Shown: positions 17,015-31,499 of the stretch, piece by piece
Layout: every line of letters starts with the position of its first letter
Numbering within the stretch: the stretch's first letter is position 1
Source: Eledone cirrhosa
Taxonomy: Eukaryota
NCBI GenBank assembly: GCA_964016885.1
Contig: OZ024747.1
Coordinates: 25,854,001-25,918,000, forward strand
Reading direction: 5' to 3'
Length of the DNA stretch: 64,000 bases
The notes under the pieces: model-generated
What the model saw: the letters and a program-made list of their open reading frames with translations, nothing else
What the model was told of the DNA's origin: nothing
Databases searched by the model: none
Translations under genes and position numbers: made by a program

Positions 17015-17215
17015 GTATGTGTGTGTGTGTATGTGTGTGTGTATGTGTGTATGTCTGTGTATATGTGTGTGTGTGTGTGTCTGTGTGTGTCTCTGTGTGT
17101 GTTTGTGTGTGTATGTGTGTGTGTATGCGTATGTGTGTGTATGTGTCTATGTATACGCGCGTGTGTGTGTCTATGTGTGTGTATGTGTGTGTGTGGGCGT
17201 GTCTGTGTGTGTATG
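16654..17215. repeat. (TG)n microsatellite blocks
   Basis: Seen directly. Confidence 0.95.
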
Positions 17216-17510
17216 GACGTATTTAAGCTTTCAAACACATACTTATAGAATCTACACGCAACTCACCTATTTCGTCAATGGTGAAGATATATTTTGATTG
17301 GCTACTGGATATAGCAATCTGTAAAATAACTTCTTTATACAATATTCACTCTTGCAAAAATGGTGCGTGGGAGTGTATATATCTATATACATACATATAT
17401 ACTCTCTCTCGCACGCACACATACACACATGCATATATATATATATAAAGTAATTCAGGTGAGATGATAATACAACTATATAAGGCAGAGAGATATATAT
17501 TCATGATATA

Positions 17511-17955
17511 TATACTAGCAGCAGTACCCAGCGTTGCCTGGGTAGGTAAAATAATATCTGCTTTGATGAAAAGGTGTTGATCTTAGCGACTACTTCTCGA
17601 TGACTCATCTATGACCACACACAGGCCATGTGGGGGAGGGTGTTGATGACTTCTATCACTGAGAAACGTGGGTGACTGACGAAGGGGCATGCTGGGGGAG
17701 GGAGTTTCGAATTTGAACGAAATCGGTTGAAAAATGTGGGAGCTAGAGCCGAAACGGCGGAAATTTGAGCGAAAAGGTGGTATTTTCGAATATTTAAGCG
17801 GCTGCGACGCCGTTCCTGAACAAAAAATCCAAAATGTAAAGCCACTTTAAGAGGTGAAATAATCACATCTAGTAGGTTGATTAATGTGGGAGCTAGAGCC
17901 GAAAAAGTGGAAATTTGAGTCTAAAAGTGGTATTTTTGAATATTTAAGCGGCTAC
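17511..17955 (+). mobile_element. Possible Helentron-associated (HINE/DINE-like) non-autonomous element
   Basis: Starts TATACTAGCAGCAGTACCCAGCGTTGCCTGGGTA (sub-terminal hairpin); ~70-bp direct repeat at 17733-17805 and 17883-17953. Confidence 0.4.
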
Positions 17956-20409
17956 CAAAGAAAAAGAAGAAATTTACCGGGCCTACCCCTTTCAGGGCCC
18001 AAAGTAAGGGGCCTCATAACTTAACTAGTACAGGACCTCATTTGTCCTAAATCCGACTCTGGCGATATTATTGCAGTTAAGATTTTCTCATTTGAAGGAA
18101 AGGAGGCTCTGGATCTCTAGTTTTAATCGTTTGTTGTTTCTTTAGTTTGGAGTCTTTCCTTTCAGTGAATCACTCAGGTATTATCCCCAGCTCAGTCAGT
18201 ATCTTAACAGTTCACAAAAAAATAATATGATTTAATAAATCATTTTAATAATTAATATTAAAAGTATAATAGCAAAAAAAAGTATGGTTGGGGTTGTGGG
18301 AATTGAGGAAATCTGGGATAGCAAGAGAAGGTAGTGGTGGAATATAACCCGAGTCTCTGAGAACCACTGCTTTAAGCAGATGTTTGGTGCCTATCATTTA
18401 TTTTTTCATATCTCTTAGCTATTTATTATATTCCTACAGCTTCCCATATTTGTTGAGGTGCTGTGATTCCTTCGCTGACATACTCCCCCCCCCCCATAAT
18501 TATATTATTTCTCTTGCTATTAGTACCACGTTCTTTATATTTATTTATTTTTCTCCACGTTCTTAATAAAATCAGTTTGGCTTGGAGACGACGTGTTTAC
18601 TTTGTTCAAAGAACCGCTGTCGCTTTTCATACTGATGGATTCTTTACGATTTAGTGAGAATTTCTTGACTCAAGCATTCTTTAATTTCTGATTTTATTTT
18701 TATTTTGCTATGTTATATCTTTTTGTTTTTTAGCATTTATTTTTCCTATTTTCACAGTTGTGAAGTTTCATTACTGATTTTATAAAGGAAGAGTGAGATA
18801 TCTTTCTCTTATTTTTGAACTTTTTTTTTCTGTATGTTTGTTTTCTATGTTGTTTGCTTGGATAATCCTACTTCAGTATATCTTAGGGATTATCCACTTT
18901 TCTTTGTAACTACCATGATTGCCGCAAATATTATTTCGGTTTAAATTGTAAATTTAACTTCGTGTATGGTTTTATTAAGTTTCTAATGTTTAACTTAGAA
19001 TTTTGTGTTACTTTTGCTTGATAATCGTTGAATTTGATCTTTGGAAATTATTTTCGATGGCTTACATGAAAAATATATTATTTCTAATTATTTAATTAGT
19101 TCAGTCATTAGATTGTCCTGTTTTAAACTCCACCTCGTATAACTTTTTATTCTTTATTTATGTTTTTGTTTGTCTTGTTCTTGTTTAGGTTATGTTGGTT
19201 AGTATTCTGTGGCGAATTGGTACAGTCATTAGAACATCAGATAGAATGCTTCATAATATTCATTCCGACTCTCTGCGGTCTGTGTTAAAATACCGCTATG
19301 GTCAACTTTACGTTTCATCCTTTCGAGATCGATGTATAAAGTACCAGTCCAGTACCAGCATCGATTCCTCCTCTATATCAATTCACAATTCCTCTCTTTC
19401 ATTCTCACACTCACTTTCTCCAGAAGAAATCAGAATTAACGGCCCCATGGATCATAGACCATTCTGTGAGTGTTCTATGATGTTTTTGTTGTGTAATGTT
19501 ATTTTGTTTGTTTTTCACAAACTAGGTTATGCTACTGAAATGAAAGTATCTTGAGAATTTTGGCGGCTGTGACTAACACGGTCGTTTTTCATTTTTTCAA
19601 ACAAGGTAAATTTATAAACCCTAGAATATCATTCATGTTTGTTTTAATCTTGTCATTTCTCCCATTAAGATCCTTTCACACTGTTCATAACTGTCCTTAT
19701 TTCGGGACAAGGACTTGCTGATCCAATTATACAACCTTTTTTGCACCATATCCACTCTCAGCTAAAGATCTGACATTCCAAGATTTACTTTCAAATTCTT
19801 TGGCAGATTTCACAAGACTCCAATGAGAATTGGCAGGTAATGAGCTTGTCGACGTCTTTTTTCTAGCACTTAAAGAGTTCATTTTAGTATGTGTCTCTAT
19901 ACGAGATGTATGTGAGATGAAATAGATATGAAAGGTGTTTACATATGAATATTTGAAAACTCAAATTAATTCATAATAATTACTTTGTTAATTCATTAAG
20001 TCTGGGTGTTTGGGCGGATATTTACATGACAGCATTTAATTTTCTTTGTTTGGAGTTTGGCTCAAAGTCTGCGATTAAAATCTTTTTCGCAACAGTTTAG
20101 CTAATTAATTTGTTCTTAATTTAATCTTTAATCATACACTTGTTTCTTTTTATTAGCCACTTGTTACAGTTGTGCATGTGTTGGGTGAGACGCATACACA
20201 CAGACACACAGACTCACATACATTCATACATACACATTTAAAGGCAGCAGATTGTCAGTCTTTTGGGTCTTTAGGGAGTCAGGTAGAATAGGTTGCAATA
20301 TCTGTTTCGACTCTTCGACTCTCTTTGATCTGCGTTCAAATCTCATTGAAGCATATATATATATATATATATATATTTAAAAAAATTGAGGTGTGACACA
20401 CGAGTTGTT

Positions 20410-20701
20410 ATATATTAGTAACAAGGCAAAGAAAATGCTGACAAATTTTTCCCAGTGAAAAATAGTTTAATTAGGAATAAGTATAAATTAGTAATAAGTA
20501 TTAGAATTCAGTTTTAGTTTTAAGTTTTTACCGGTTGCGCATTTCTTATGTTTTTCAAAAATAATTTTGAGATAGAGTGCTCGTGATGTTTGCTCTAATC
20601 AGATTAGAGCAAAAATCATATATACATATCAATTTATACTTATTCCTAATTAAACTATTTTTCACTGGGAAACATTTGTCAGCATTTTCTTTTCCTTTTT
20701 A

Positions 20702-20708
<7 letters not shown>
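20410..20708. repeat. ~80-bp inverted repeat with ~140-bp spacer, abutting (TA)n
   Basis: 20412-20489 is the near-exact reverse complement of 20632-20708. Confidence 0.85.
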
Positions 20709-20796
<88 letters not shown>

Positions 20797-21553
20797 AAAA
20801 TTTGTCAACAATACACTTTACATCTCGACAAAAAGGACAAAAAAGATTGCTAAGAATCTAATTTAGAGAAGTTTATAAATATAGAAATATCTTGAATAAA
20901 AATTCAGACTATCCAAATAATCTAAAATACAGCATGACGAAAGAACAGAGCATGTTTTCCAAGGGGACCCGAAAATGGGGATACAACAGCACGCAGACAA
21001 GAACAGGGATTAAAAAAAACGACAAAAAACAACAACAACAAAAAAATTTTTTGTAAAGAAAATTTCAACATCTCTTCAAACATACTAAGGTTGTTAAGAC
21101 ACTTTCCAAACAAGAAAATTAACGGTTCTTAAAAAGATGAAATTGAAATAAACTTCGTGGGAAAGATAGATGAGGAATATTCTAAGCAGGTGCATTCAAG
21201 TGGTTAAAGGAAAGATTCGTTAGAATCGTCCAGAGAAATACCCCGTTGTGGTAATGGACAGGTGTTACTACGACCAATCCGACTGTCACATATTGTGCCC
21301 AAAGAACTTAATTTAAACTACTGATTAGTGTGTGAAATTGATGTCTAATATTAGGGACAATAACTCATATTTTAGCTTCCACATTCTCAGATATAACTGT
21401 TATTTAATAAATTAATCATAATCCATTAATCATATATAGGTATACAATAGATGGTGAGGACCTCTAGCGATTACTGTCATATTTAATTGACTCTGCCAGT
21501 CAGGAGCCACGACTGCTGCAGTTTCCTTGGTATTTCCTTCTCTATATATAAAC

Positions 21554-21813
21554 CAGGCATGGGCAACCCTTTTCGAGAAGCGCGCTGCATGAGATATGGC
21601 TCATCATCAGGCGAGCCGCAAGTGCTAATTTACATTCGTACCCGTATTAAAAAAAAAGGGCAGTAACTCAGGTTGTTTTGATTTGTTTCTTCAGAATTCG
21701 TACAGAATTAGTACAAAATGAAAAGTTGAGGTTAAAAAATGAGAAAGATTTCACTTAGGTGACATAGGCGATCCATTGAGAAAGCTTCGCGGGCCACAGG
21801 TTGCCCATGACTG
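21554..21813. mobile_element. hAT-superfamily MITE (260 bp)
   Basis: TIRs CAGGCATGGGCAACC / GGTTGCCCATGACTG; perfect 8-bp TSD ATATAAAC at 21546-21553 and 21814-21821. Confidence 0.9.
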
Positions 21814-22565
21814 ATATAAACGATAGGAATACATAATACAATCATATCGATGCAAAAACCTATCTTCATGATAGTGTGTTCGCACTAGATCGAATATAAA
21901 GATATCTCGCAGAGGAAAAGAAACAAGAGCTGCCTGTAGACTAATTCCGGAAGGAAAAGTTGACATTAAGTTCCATATTTTGGAAGTGAGCTTTGACTTA
22001 GAAGTTTTCAATTTTGATTAGATATGAAGTAAATTAATCGATTTTATATTAAAAAAACAAACTATTTTGAATATTTTAGTAGAAATATTTACTACTCAAC
22101 CAATTCTCGCCGAATATCTTTTATCTTAGTACAATCTTTAGTGCCTTTTAACAAAATATTGGTGCTTTGTCCCTAATTAAGAGAGTTTATCATTGCAAAA
22201 ATGGCCAAGACTTCTTATAGATCCACTTAGACCACACAAAAACACCTTCATATTCCCACACCTATAAAATATATTAATATATATAACAACACTTTCATTA
22301 ACACAACATTAAAGAAAAACGAAACACACGCAAATTAAACAAAAACAGTAACAACAACAAAATAAAACAAAGGATGATAATAGCATGAAACAAATACAAA
22401 AATAAATTAGTTATTCTATAAGCAAAGGTTTTGACGTCAACAAGTTTTTGACAAACGTTTTAAATGAGTGACTTCTTTTCATTGTTGTTATTGTTGTTCT
22501 TGTCCCTGTTTTTGACTAAACACCCAACGTGAGTACAATACCAAATGTTTAAAGGAGTAAAAACG

Positions 22566-22779
<214 letters not shown>

Positions 22780-22902
22780 GGAGGTGAGTTTTATTGTAGT
22801 ACAATAAAGCAATGCAGATATCGGATAAGTAGCACTCTACATTTTGTAGGACTGGAGTATAAATAATATATAAGATCAAAAGATGGTTAAAAGAGTTCCA
22901 TG

Positions 22903-22973
22903 TATTTTATTATGCGCATTTCAAAAACAAATATCATCATGCAATAACATTTGCGTTTTCGTCAGATAAAATA
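22903..22973 (-). ncRNA. Type I hammerhead ribozyme of the Naiad-type PLE
   Basis: Reverse complement of 27616-27686. Confidence 0.8.
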
Positions 22974-23945
22974 GGGAGACATGATATGAAGGTTAAAAAA
23001 CACTTGTGAATAGTGCAGTTTTAAATCAACATATGAAAAGTAGTTTTAGATTGATGTGTGATATTTGGAAAAAATTGAGGGGGGGGGTGGAAAGGAGGAA
23101 AAAAAGGAGGAGATGAGAGTAAAAAGTGGAGGGGGAGGAGTATAATGAGGAAGGATGAGATAGGAGGAGAGATGGGTGATAGAGAGAGAGAGAGAGAGCT
23201 TTTATAACTGAGAAAAATATATTGTTTTACATAGAGAGGTTAAAAAAACCGTTGGAAGATAATATATAAATTAAAAGAATTTGAAAATTAACGAAGAGAA
23301 AAATTTTAGAATAATGTTAAATTAAGGTTTGTATATTGAAGGGTTTAATAATATGTGCGATGAAAAGAAATTGTTAATATGTATTAAGAATAATATTTAA
23401 GGGTTTAATGATATGTGCGATGGAAAGAAATTGTTGATATGTATTATTAAAAAATATAAAAATATAACAATAGTAATGTAATTAAGGATATATTGTGAAA
23501 AGAAGTAGAAGAGTGGATTAATAAGTGTAATATGTATAAGTTAGATGAGCATGAAAGGGAGAAAAAAATAATGAATTGAGGATGAATAATCTAACGTCAA
23601 AAAAATGTTTATGTTTACGAAGGATTTTTTCAAGGTGATATTATGAAGTAAGGATATATTGTGCTGAGTAATAATGAGAATTGAGAAGTATCTAGGAAGA
23701 AAAGGTACAGATTAGAGGTTAGAAATTAAAAGAAAAAGAAAAAAAAGAAAAGGAAAAAGGAAAAAAGAAAGAAAGGGAAGTGATAAATAGGAGTGATATA
23801 GAATGAGTAACTAGTATTATATAATGTATAATAAATAACATCGAAATAAGGTAGAAAGATGGGTATATTTTTAAAGAAATATATATGTATATATATATAT
23901 ATGTGCCTTTGATAAAAGGGTTTTAAATTGGTAAAGTATTAGATA

Positions 23946-25910
23946 TTACCTGTATACTTTATGGAATGTTCTGTGGAATTTATGCAAGCAGAGAGAAAAC
24001 AAGTCTGTGCGTCTATTTATTATAGAATCTAAATTAGATATAATGGTAAATGTTTCACATAAACAGAGATTGCATGTCTTGGATAGAGAACCATTCAAGT
24101 ATGGAGAAGCAGAACAAACCTTCTTCCAAGAGATGTTATAGTTAATATTTTTGTCTTTCAAGGACCATATGAGTTCTGAGAGTGCTGTGTTGGTTATTTT
24201 AAGTTGGTATTTAAAAGACGAATGATGATTATAAAGACGAGCTTTAAAGGAGGTGGAAGTGGATCCAAAATTGGTAAAGGAATTGGTGTCAGTTATAACT
24301 TTACATTCGTAGATTAAGTTTTTTTCAAGACAATGGTTGTTGAGAGGACATTTATTTTTAACAGGGCAATTACAATTGCAATTAGAGAAATTAACAGAGT
24401 TATTAACAAGTGACCTAGTGTTTTCTATAGAATTGGATTGGAGAAATTAATTACGATAGGAATAATAGTTTCTTGATTTAGAATGGGATTAAGAACATTT
24501 AACGAAGTTGCGTTTGACGTTGTATTTGGGTTTGCAGAAATTAGCCTAGAGTTAACAATGACGTCGGGAGTACTATTACTATTATTATGATATTCAGTGT
24601 TGGAAGGAAGAGATTTAGTATTTAGTATTTTATTGTTGTGTTTAGAGATAATGTTGGAGATGTTGGAGGAGGTCGAATAGGAAAATTCTATAGTGTGTTT
24701 GTTAAATATTTTACTATAGATATGTGAGGGAGGGAAGCATTTATTTAAGGCACTAAAGAATAATTTAGGAATATTATTATTAATCGAGATGGAGAAAGGA
24801 GCATTATACCAGATTATATTTTTGTATCTAGGTCTTTTATTAAAGTTATTGGAATTATCATGATAAATTATTCTACTGTAAGATCTTCTAGAATTTGTTA
24901 CTTTACTATATTTGATTTTATCAGGATAACCGGCTTTAGAAAGCGCGTTATTATAGTAATTGGCGTTAGGATCAAAGATGTTTTTATTAGAAGATAGATT
25001 GGATATTATTTTTCCAATATTACTAACTATAGAATTCTTAATATTAGTGGGGTGGTTAGATTTAAAATTAACATAATTTAGGTTCTCATTGTTTTTATGG
25101 TAAGGGTAATATAGGCCAGTGTCAAGATTAAGAGATACATCCAAGAAATTAGCTAGTTTGATGCTGTTATCAAATTCAATTTTTAAGTTATGTTGGTTAA
25201 AGAGATTACGTATATTGTTCTTAATATTATTAAGGATAACTATGTTGCAATTTAAGATAGTAAAGAGTCCATCGTCACGATAAATTCCACCGCGAAGTTG
25301 AGGAATTTTCCGATTCAAAGAGTTCAAAATAAAAATACCAATTAAATCTGTCAATTGGGATGAATCGGATGCTCCCATTGTGATGTCAAAGTTGTTAGAG
25401 GTATCAACTCTGGTCCAATATTCATTGTTGAACTCCAGGATGGTTTTACGTGCGGTGAGACTGATGTGAAGTTCATCTGTGGTGATGTCTGAATTTTTTT
25501 AAGCGAAAGATAGAGCATTGTTGAGAAGTGAGGGCGAAATAGAAGAATAGTAGCTGGCAATATCAAATTGAATAAATTTTTGTTTATTTTTCTTATTCAA
25601 TTTGTTGAACCAGCCAATCACTTCAGAAGTACCAAACCATAAATTTAAGTTCAAAGAAGAGCAATTAGAACGAACCTGTGGGATAATTCTATCCAAGATG
25701 GCTTTGCTAACAACCCCCAGAGCGATTTAGAGGGGGCGATTAGTCTAACAGGTAGTTCAGTACGAAAATTGTTTTTGTGATCTTTGAGATTTATCCTCGG
25801 AGTTCTTGGGAGGAATGGTTCGGTCTTTTTTCCGATGCCATGTTTTGACATAATCTCACAAGATTCAAAGTTTATGGATTCTATGGTTGGTTTTGCGATA
25901 TTTTTTCCTA
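23946..25910 (-). pseudogene. PLE RT + GIY-YIG endonuclease ORF, frameshifted
   Basis: LKDHKNNF..RLIAPSKS, FIQFDIASYYSSI, MGASDSSQLTDLIG, GIYRDDGL, FLDVSL, CNC-x5-C-x5-C, LIYECKV..GSTSTSFKARLYNH, CNLCLCE. Confidence 0.88.
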
Positions 25911-27615
25911 AGTTCCTTTAGTGCCTTAAATAAATGCTTCCCTCCCTCACATATCTATAGTAAAATACACTATAAAATTTTCCTATTCGACCTTCTCCAA
26001 TATCTCCAACATTATCTCTAAACACAACAATAAAATACTAAATACTAAATCTCTTCCTTCCAACACTGAATATCATAATAATAGTAATAGTACTCCCGAC
26101 GTCATTGTTAACTCTAGGCTAATTTCTGCAAACCCAAATACAACGTCAAATGCAACTTCGTTAAATGTTCTTAATCCCATTCTAAATCAAGAAACTATTA
26201 TTCCTATCGTAAATAACTTCTCCAATCCAATTCGATAGAAAACACTAGGTCACTTGTTAATAACTCTGTTAATTTCTCTAATTGCAATTGTAATTGCCCT
26301 GTTAAAAATAAATGTCCTCTCAACAACCATTGTCTTGAAAAAAACTTAATCTACGAATGTAAAGTTATAACTGACACCAATTCCTTTACCAATTTTGGAT
26401 CCACTTCCACCTCCTTTAAAGCTCGTCTTTATAATCATCATTCGTCTTTTAAATACCAACTTAAAATAACCAACACAGCACTCTCAGAACTCATATGGTC
26501 CTTGAAAGACAAAAAATATTAACTATAACATCTCTTGGAAGAAGGTTTGTTCTGCTTCTCCATACTTGAATGGTTCTCTATCCAAGACATGCAATCTCTG
26601 TTTATGTGAAACATTTACCATTATATCTAATTTAGATTCTATAATAAATAGACGCACTGACTTGTTTTCTCTCTGCTTGCATAAATTCCACAGAACATTC
26701 CATAAAGTATACAGGTAATATCTAATACTTTACCAATTTAAAATCCTTTTCTCAAAGGCACACATATATATATATACATATATATTTCTTTAAAAATATA
26801 CCCATCTTTCTACCTTATTTCAATGTTATTTATTATACATTATATAATACTAGTTACTCATTCTATATCACTCCTATTTATCACTTCCATTACTTTCTTT
26901 TTTCCTTTTTCTTTTCTTTTTTTTCTTCTTTTAATTTCTAACCTCTAATCTGTACCTTTTCTTCCTATATACTTCTCAATTCTCATTATTACTCAGCACA
27001 ATATATCCTTACTTCATAATATCACCTTGAAAAAGTCCTTCGTAAACATAAACATTTTTTTGACGTTAGATTATTCATCCTCAACTCATTATTTTTTCTC
27101 CCTTTCATGCTCATCTAACTTATACATATTACACTTATTCATCCACTCTGCTACTTCTTTTCACAATATATCCTTAATTACATTACTATTGTTATATTTT
27201 TATATTTTTTAATAATACATATCAACAATTTCTTTTCATCGCACATATTATTAAACCCTTCAATATACAAACCTTAATTTAACATTATTCTAAAATATTT
27301 CTCTTCGTTAATTTTCAAATTCTTTTAATTTATATATTATCTTCCAACGGTTTTTTTAACCTCTTTATGTAAAACTATATTTTTCTCAGCTATAAAAGCT
27401 ATCTCTCTCTCTCTATCACCCATCTCTCCTATCTCATCCTTCCTCATTATACTCCTCCCCCTCCACTTTTTACTCTCATCTCCTCCTTTTTTTCATCCTC
27501 CCCCCCCCCCTCAATTTTTTCCCAATATCACACATCAATCTAAAACTACTTTTCATATGTTGATTTAAAACTGCACTATTCACAAGTGTTTTTTAACCTT
27601 CATATCATGTCTCCC

Positions 27616-27686
27616 TATTTTATCTGACGAAAACGCAAATGTTATTGCATGATGATATTTGTTTTTGAAATGCGCATAATAAAATA
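27616..27686 (+). ncRNA. Type I hammerhead ribozyme, palindromic stem III, long stem II
   Basis: Stem I TATTTTAT/ATAAAATA; CTGACGA; stem II AAACGCAAATGTTATT-GCAT-GATGATATTTGTTTTT; GAAA; loopless palindrome ATGCGCAT; AUA triplet. Confidence 0.82.
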
Positions 27687-27716
27687 CATGGAACTCTTTT
27701 AACCATCTTTTGATCT

Positions 27717-27836
<120 letters not shown>

Positions 27837-28004
27837 ATATGCATGTATAGATATATGTCTATGTGTATATGTGCCTGTGTCTATAAATATTCATGCGTGT
27901 GTATATTTTTAGGTGTAATGAAATTAGTGAAGTTTAGCGGAGCAGAAATATGGTTAAAATTACACACACGTACCCCCCCCCCCCCCCACACACATATGTA
28001 TGTA

Positions 28005-28058
<54 letters not shown>

Positions 28059-28239
28059 CATACATACAGAGCGAATGAGAGAGAGAGAGAGAGGTGTATT
28101 TGTGTGTAAGGAAGAAAGATATATAGATAGGCAGGCAAAGAGACAAAGAAAGCCTGAATGAAAGAGAGAGGGAGAGAGGGGCGTACCAGCTTGCATAAGT
28201 GAAAGAGTAAGACAAAACCGAAGGAACGCGTGGGTGGCA

Positions 28240-28810
28240 AATTAGAGAAGAAAGCGGACCGATCATGAGAGAAAAGATTAGCAGAGAATGGCGAGTGGGA
28301 GGGAAAGAAAAGCGAGCATGGTCCGATTGATTGCATGATAGGGGAGAAGTAGGAGCGAAAGAGAAGAGAGAGAGTGTGGAATGTAAGAAAGAAATCTAGG
28401 AGAGAAGCAGCGAAAGGAAAGAGAGTGTTGACCAATAATACTGAAGAAAACTTGAAAAGAAAAAGTGAGAAAAAAGAGAACATCGACCGATGGTGAGGGA
28501 GTAAACTAGACGAGAAGCTGGAACGAAAGAGAAGTGAGCGTGGACCGATCGTACGAGAAAAAACTAGAAGAGAAGGAGGAGTGAAAGATAAGCGAGGGTT
28601 GACAAAAAGCGAGAGAAAAGTGGGAGAGAAGGTAGAATGAAAGAGAAGAGAGGGTCGGCTGTTTGCAAGAAAAAAAAAGTAAGCGAGAAGGTGGAGTGAA
28701 AGAGAAGAGAGGGTGAACCGATCGCGAGAGAGAAAAGTAGGAGGGGGTGGGGTGGAGTGAAAGAGAAGAGAGGATGGACCGCTCGTGGAAGAAAAAAAAG
28801 TAGGATAGAA
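28240..28810. repeat. Degenerate purine-rich ~58-60-bp minisatellite
   Basis: Recurrent GAAAGAGAAGAGAGG..GACCGATCG..GAAAAAAGTAG units. Confidence 0.65.
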
Positions 28811-29043
28811 GATGTATGAGAGAATGAAGTAAAAGTGTGGGAAGAGGGAGAGGGTGAGAAGGTAATAACAAGAGATGACCAACATGTCGATCACAATGAA
28901 TGATGATGTTTTCAGGGTGAGGGGGGGGGGGGAATTGTAATCTAGTTTTGTCACATAAATATTCATGACACTTCAACATTTCGTTCGTATGAAAGAATTT
29001 GTGACAACAAACCTTGAGCATGAGATGAAATACCTTATAGATT

Positions 29044-29686
29044 CACACACAGAGACACACACACACACAGACACACAGAGATACACAGACACACACAGAC
29101 ACACACAGACACACACAGACACACACAGACACACACAGACACACATACACACACAGACATACACACACAGACACACAGAGACACAGAGACACACACAGAC
29201 ACACACACACACACAGAGACACACAGACACACAGAGACACAGAGACACACAGAGACACAGAGACACACACAGACACACACACACAGATATACACAGTCAC
29301 ACACAGACACAGACACACACACAGACACAGACACACACACACACACACAGACAACACACACACACAGACACACATAGACACACGGAGACACACACACACA
29401 GACACACACACACACAGATAGACATAGACACACACAGACACACACAGACACAGACACAGACACACACACACACACACACACAGACACAGACACAGACACA
29501 CACACACAGATAGACACAGACACACACAGATAGAAACAGACACAGACACAGACACACACAGACACACACACACACACCCACACACCCACACAGACACATA
29601 GAGACACACACACAGATAGACACAGACACACACAGACACACACAGAAACACAGACACAGACACACAGACACAGACACACAGACACA

Positions 29687-29725
<39 letters not shown>

Positions 29726-30454
29726 ACACAGACACACACAGACACAGACACACACGCACACACACACAGACACACACACAGACACACACACATAAACACA
29801 CACACACACAGACACAGACACAGAGACACACAGAGACACACACAGACACACACAGACACACACACACACACACATAGACACAGACACACACAGACACACG
29901 CACACAGACACACACATACAGATAGACACAGACACAGGCACACACACACACACACAGACACACAGACACACACACAGACAAAGACACAGACATACACAGA
30001 CACACACACACACTAGTGGAGGCTTTCATTTTAGAAACATACCGAGATTGCTTCGTGGCTTTGAGTGTGTGTGTGTGTGTGTGAGAGAGTGTGCGTATGT
30101 GTGTGTGTGTGTGAGTGTGCGTATGTGTGTGCTTGGCTTTGTTGTATCTTAGTATGTCGCAATGAATATCTGTGTGTATTTGTGTTCTTGTATGCAAGTG
30201 AGTGGGTGTTTAAATGTGTGTGTTTGTGTGTTTGTGAGTGCATTTGTATTCTTGTGAGTGAATGTGTGTGTATGTTTGTATGTGTGTGTTCGTTTGCCAG
30301 TGTGTTTGTGAGTACATTTGTATTCTTGTATGTGAGTGAATGTGTGTGTGTGTGTGTGTGTATTTGTTAGCGTGTTACTACGTGTGCTTGTGTTTTTGTT
30401 TGTGTGTTTTAGTGTCTTCTTGTGTGTCTTTGTATGTGTCTGTGACTCGCAGTA

Positions 30455-30499
<45 letters not shown>

Positions 30500-30610
30500 A
30501 TGGGCGTTTCTACGTGTTTGTGGGGGGAGAATCTGTGTGTATTACAATGTGTTTATGTGTGTGTATGTTTTTGTGTCTGCGTTTGTGTGTGTCTCTGTAT
30601 ATATTTATGT
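29044..30610. repeat. (CA)n/(CAGA)n block followed by (TG)n block
   Basis: Seen directly. Confidence 0.95.
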
Positions 30611-30735
30611 GCTGTTACGTTATTGTTGTACTGTCACTCAGGATTTTGGTATGTTTGAAAAAAATTATATTTGCTTTAAATTATAGTTGTATGGCTTAAT
30701 TTATTATCATTATTGTTATTATTGTTATTATTATA

Positions 30736-31375
30736 GGCGGTGGATTAGCAGTATCGGTGGAGGGTCGGACCCCATGCTTTGTAGCATAGAGTTGCGGCCC
30801 TTTACGATCTTAGTTGAAATCCCGCCGAGGTTAATTTTGCCTTTCATCCTTACGGGGTAGATAAAATAAAGTACCAGTCACGCACTGGGGTCGATTTAAT
30901 CGACTTCCTCCTCCCCCAAAATTGCTGACCTTGTGCCTATATAAGAAACCATTACTATTATCATTATTATTGGCAGTATCGGTAGAGGGTCGGACACCAT
31001 GCTTTGACGCATAATGTTACGGCCCTTGCCATTCTGAGATCAAATCCCACCGAGGTTACCTTTGCCTTTCAGCCTTACGGGGTCGATAAAATAAAGTACG
31101 AGTAATGCACTGGGTAATTGCTGGCCTTGTGCCCAAAGTAGAAACAATTATTATCATTATTATTTGACTATCAATCAATAAGGGCGGTGGATTGGCAGTA
31201 TCGGTAGAGAGTCGGACGCCAATGCTTTCCAGCATAGTTACGTCCCTTTACGGTCTGAGTTCAAATCCCGTCGAGGTTAACTTTGCCTTTCATCCTTACG
31301 GGGTCGATAAAATAAAGTACCAGTAATGTACTGGGTAATTGCTGGCCTTGTGCCTAAAGTAGAAACAATTATTTG
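30736..31375 (+). mobile_element. Three tandem copies of the tRNA-derived SINE (~30736-30970, 30971-31165, 31183-31375)
   Basis: Each has GCAGTATCGGT(A/G)GAG.GTCGGAC..AAATCCC..GAGGTTA..TTTGCCTTTCA.CCTTACGGGGT.GATAAAATAAAGTAC..GC/ACCTTGTGCC and an ATT-rich tail. Confidence 0.88.
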
Positions 31376-31499
31376 ACTATCAATCAATCAATAAATAAAT
31401 AAAGCATTATTATTTGACTATTTATCACGACTAACTTTGATGTTGCTTTGGGTCGGGTATTTTAGGGAATACTGGTCTACAACTAGTAACCTAGGGTAA

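Noticed and set aside
23946-24420. Selenocysteine recoding, reported for some Naiad PLEs
   Set aside because: The Cys positions of the CxCx5Cx5C and CxxC motifs are TGT/TGC, not TGA; no SECIS was recognised
27881-28966. 361-aa S/L/F-rich ORF on the minus strand
   Set aside because: Product of the purine-rich minisatellite and adjacent microsatellite
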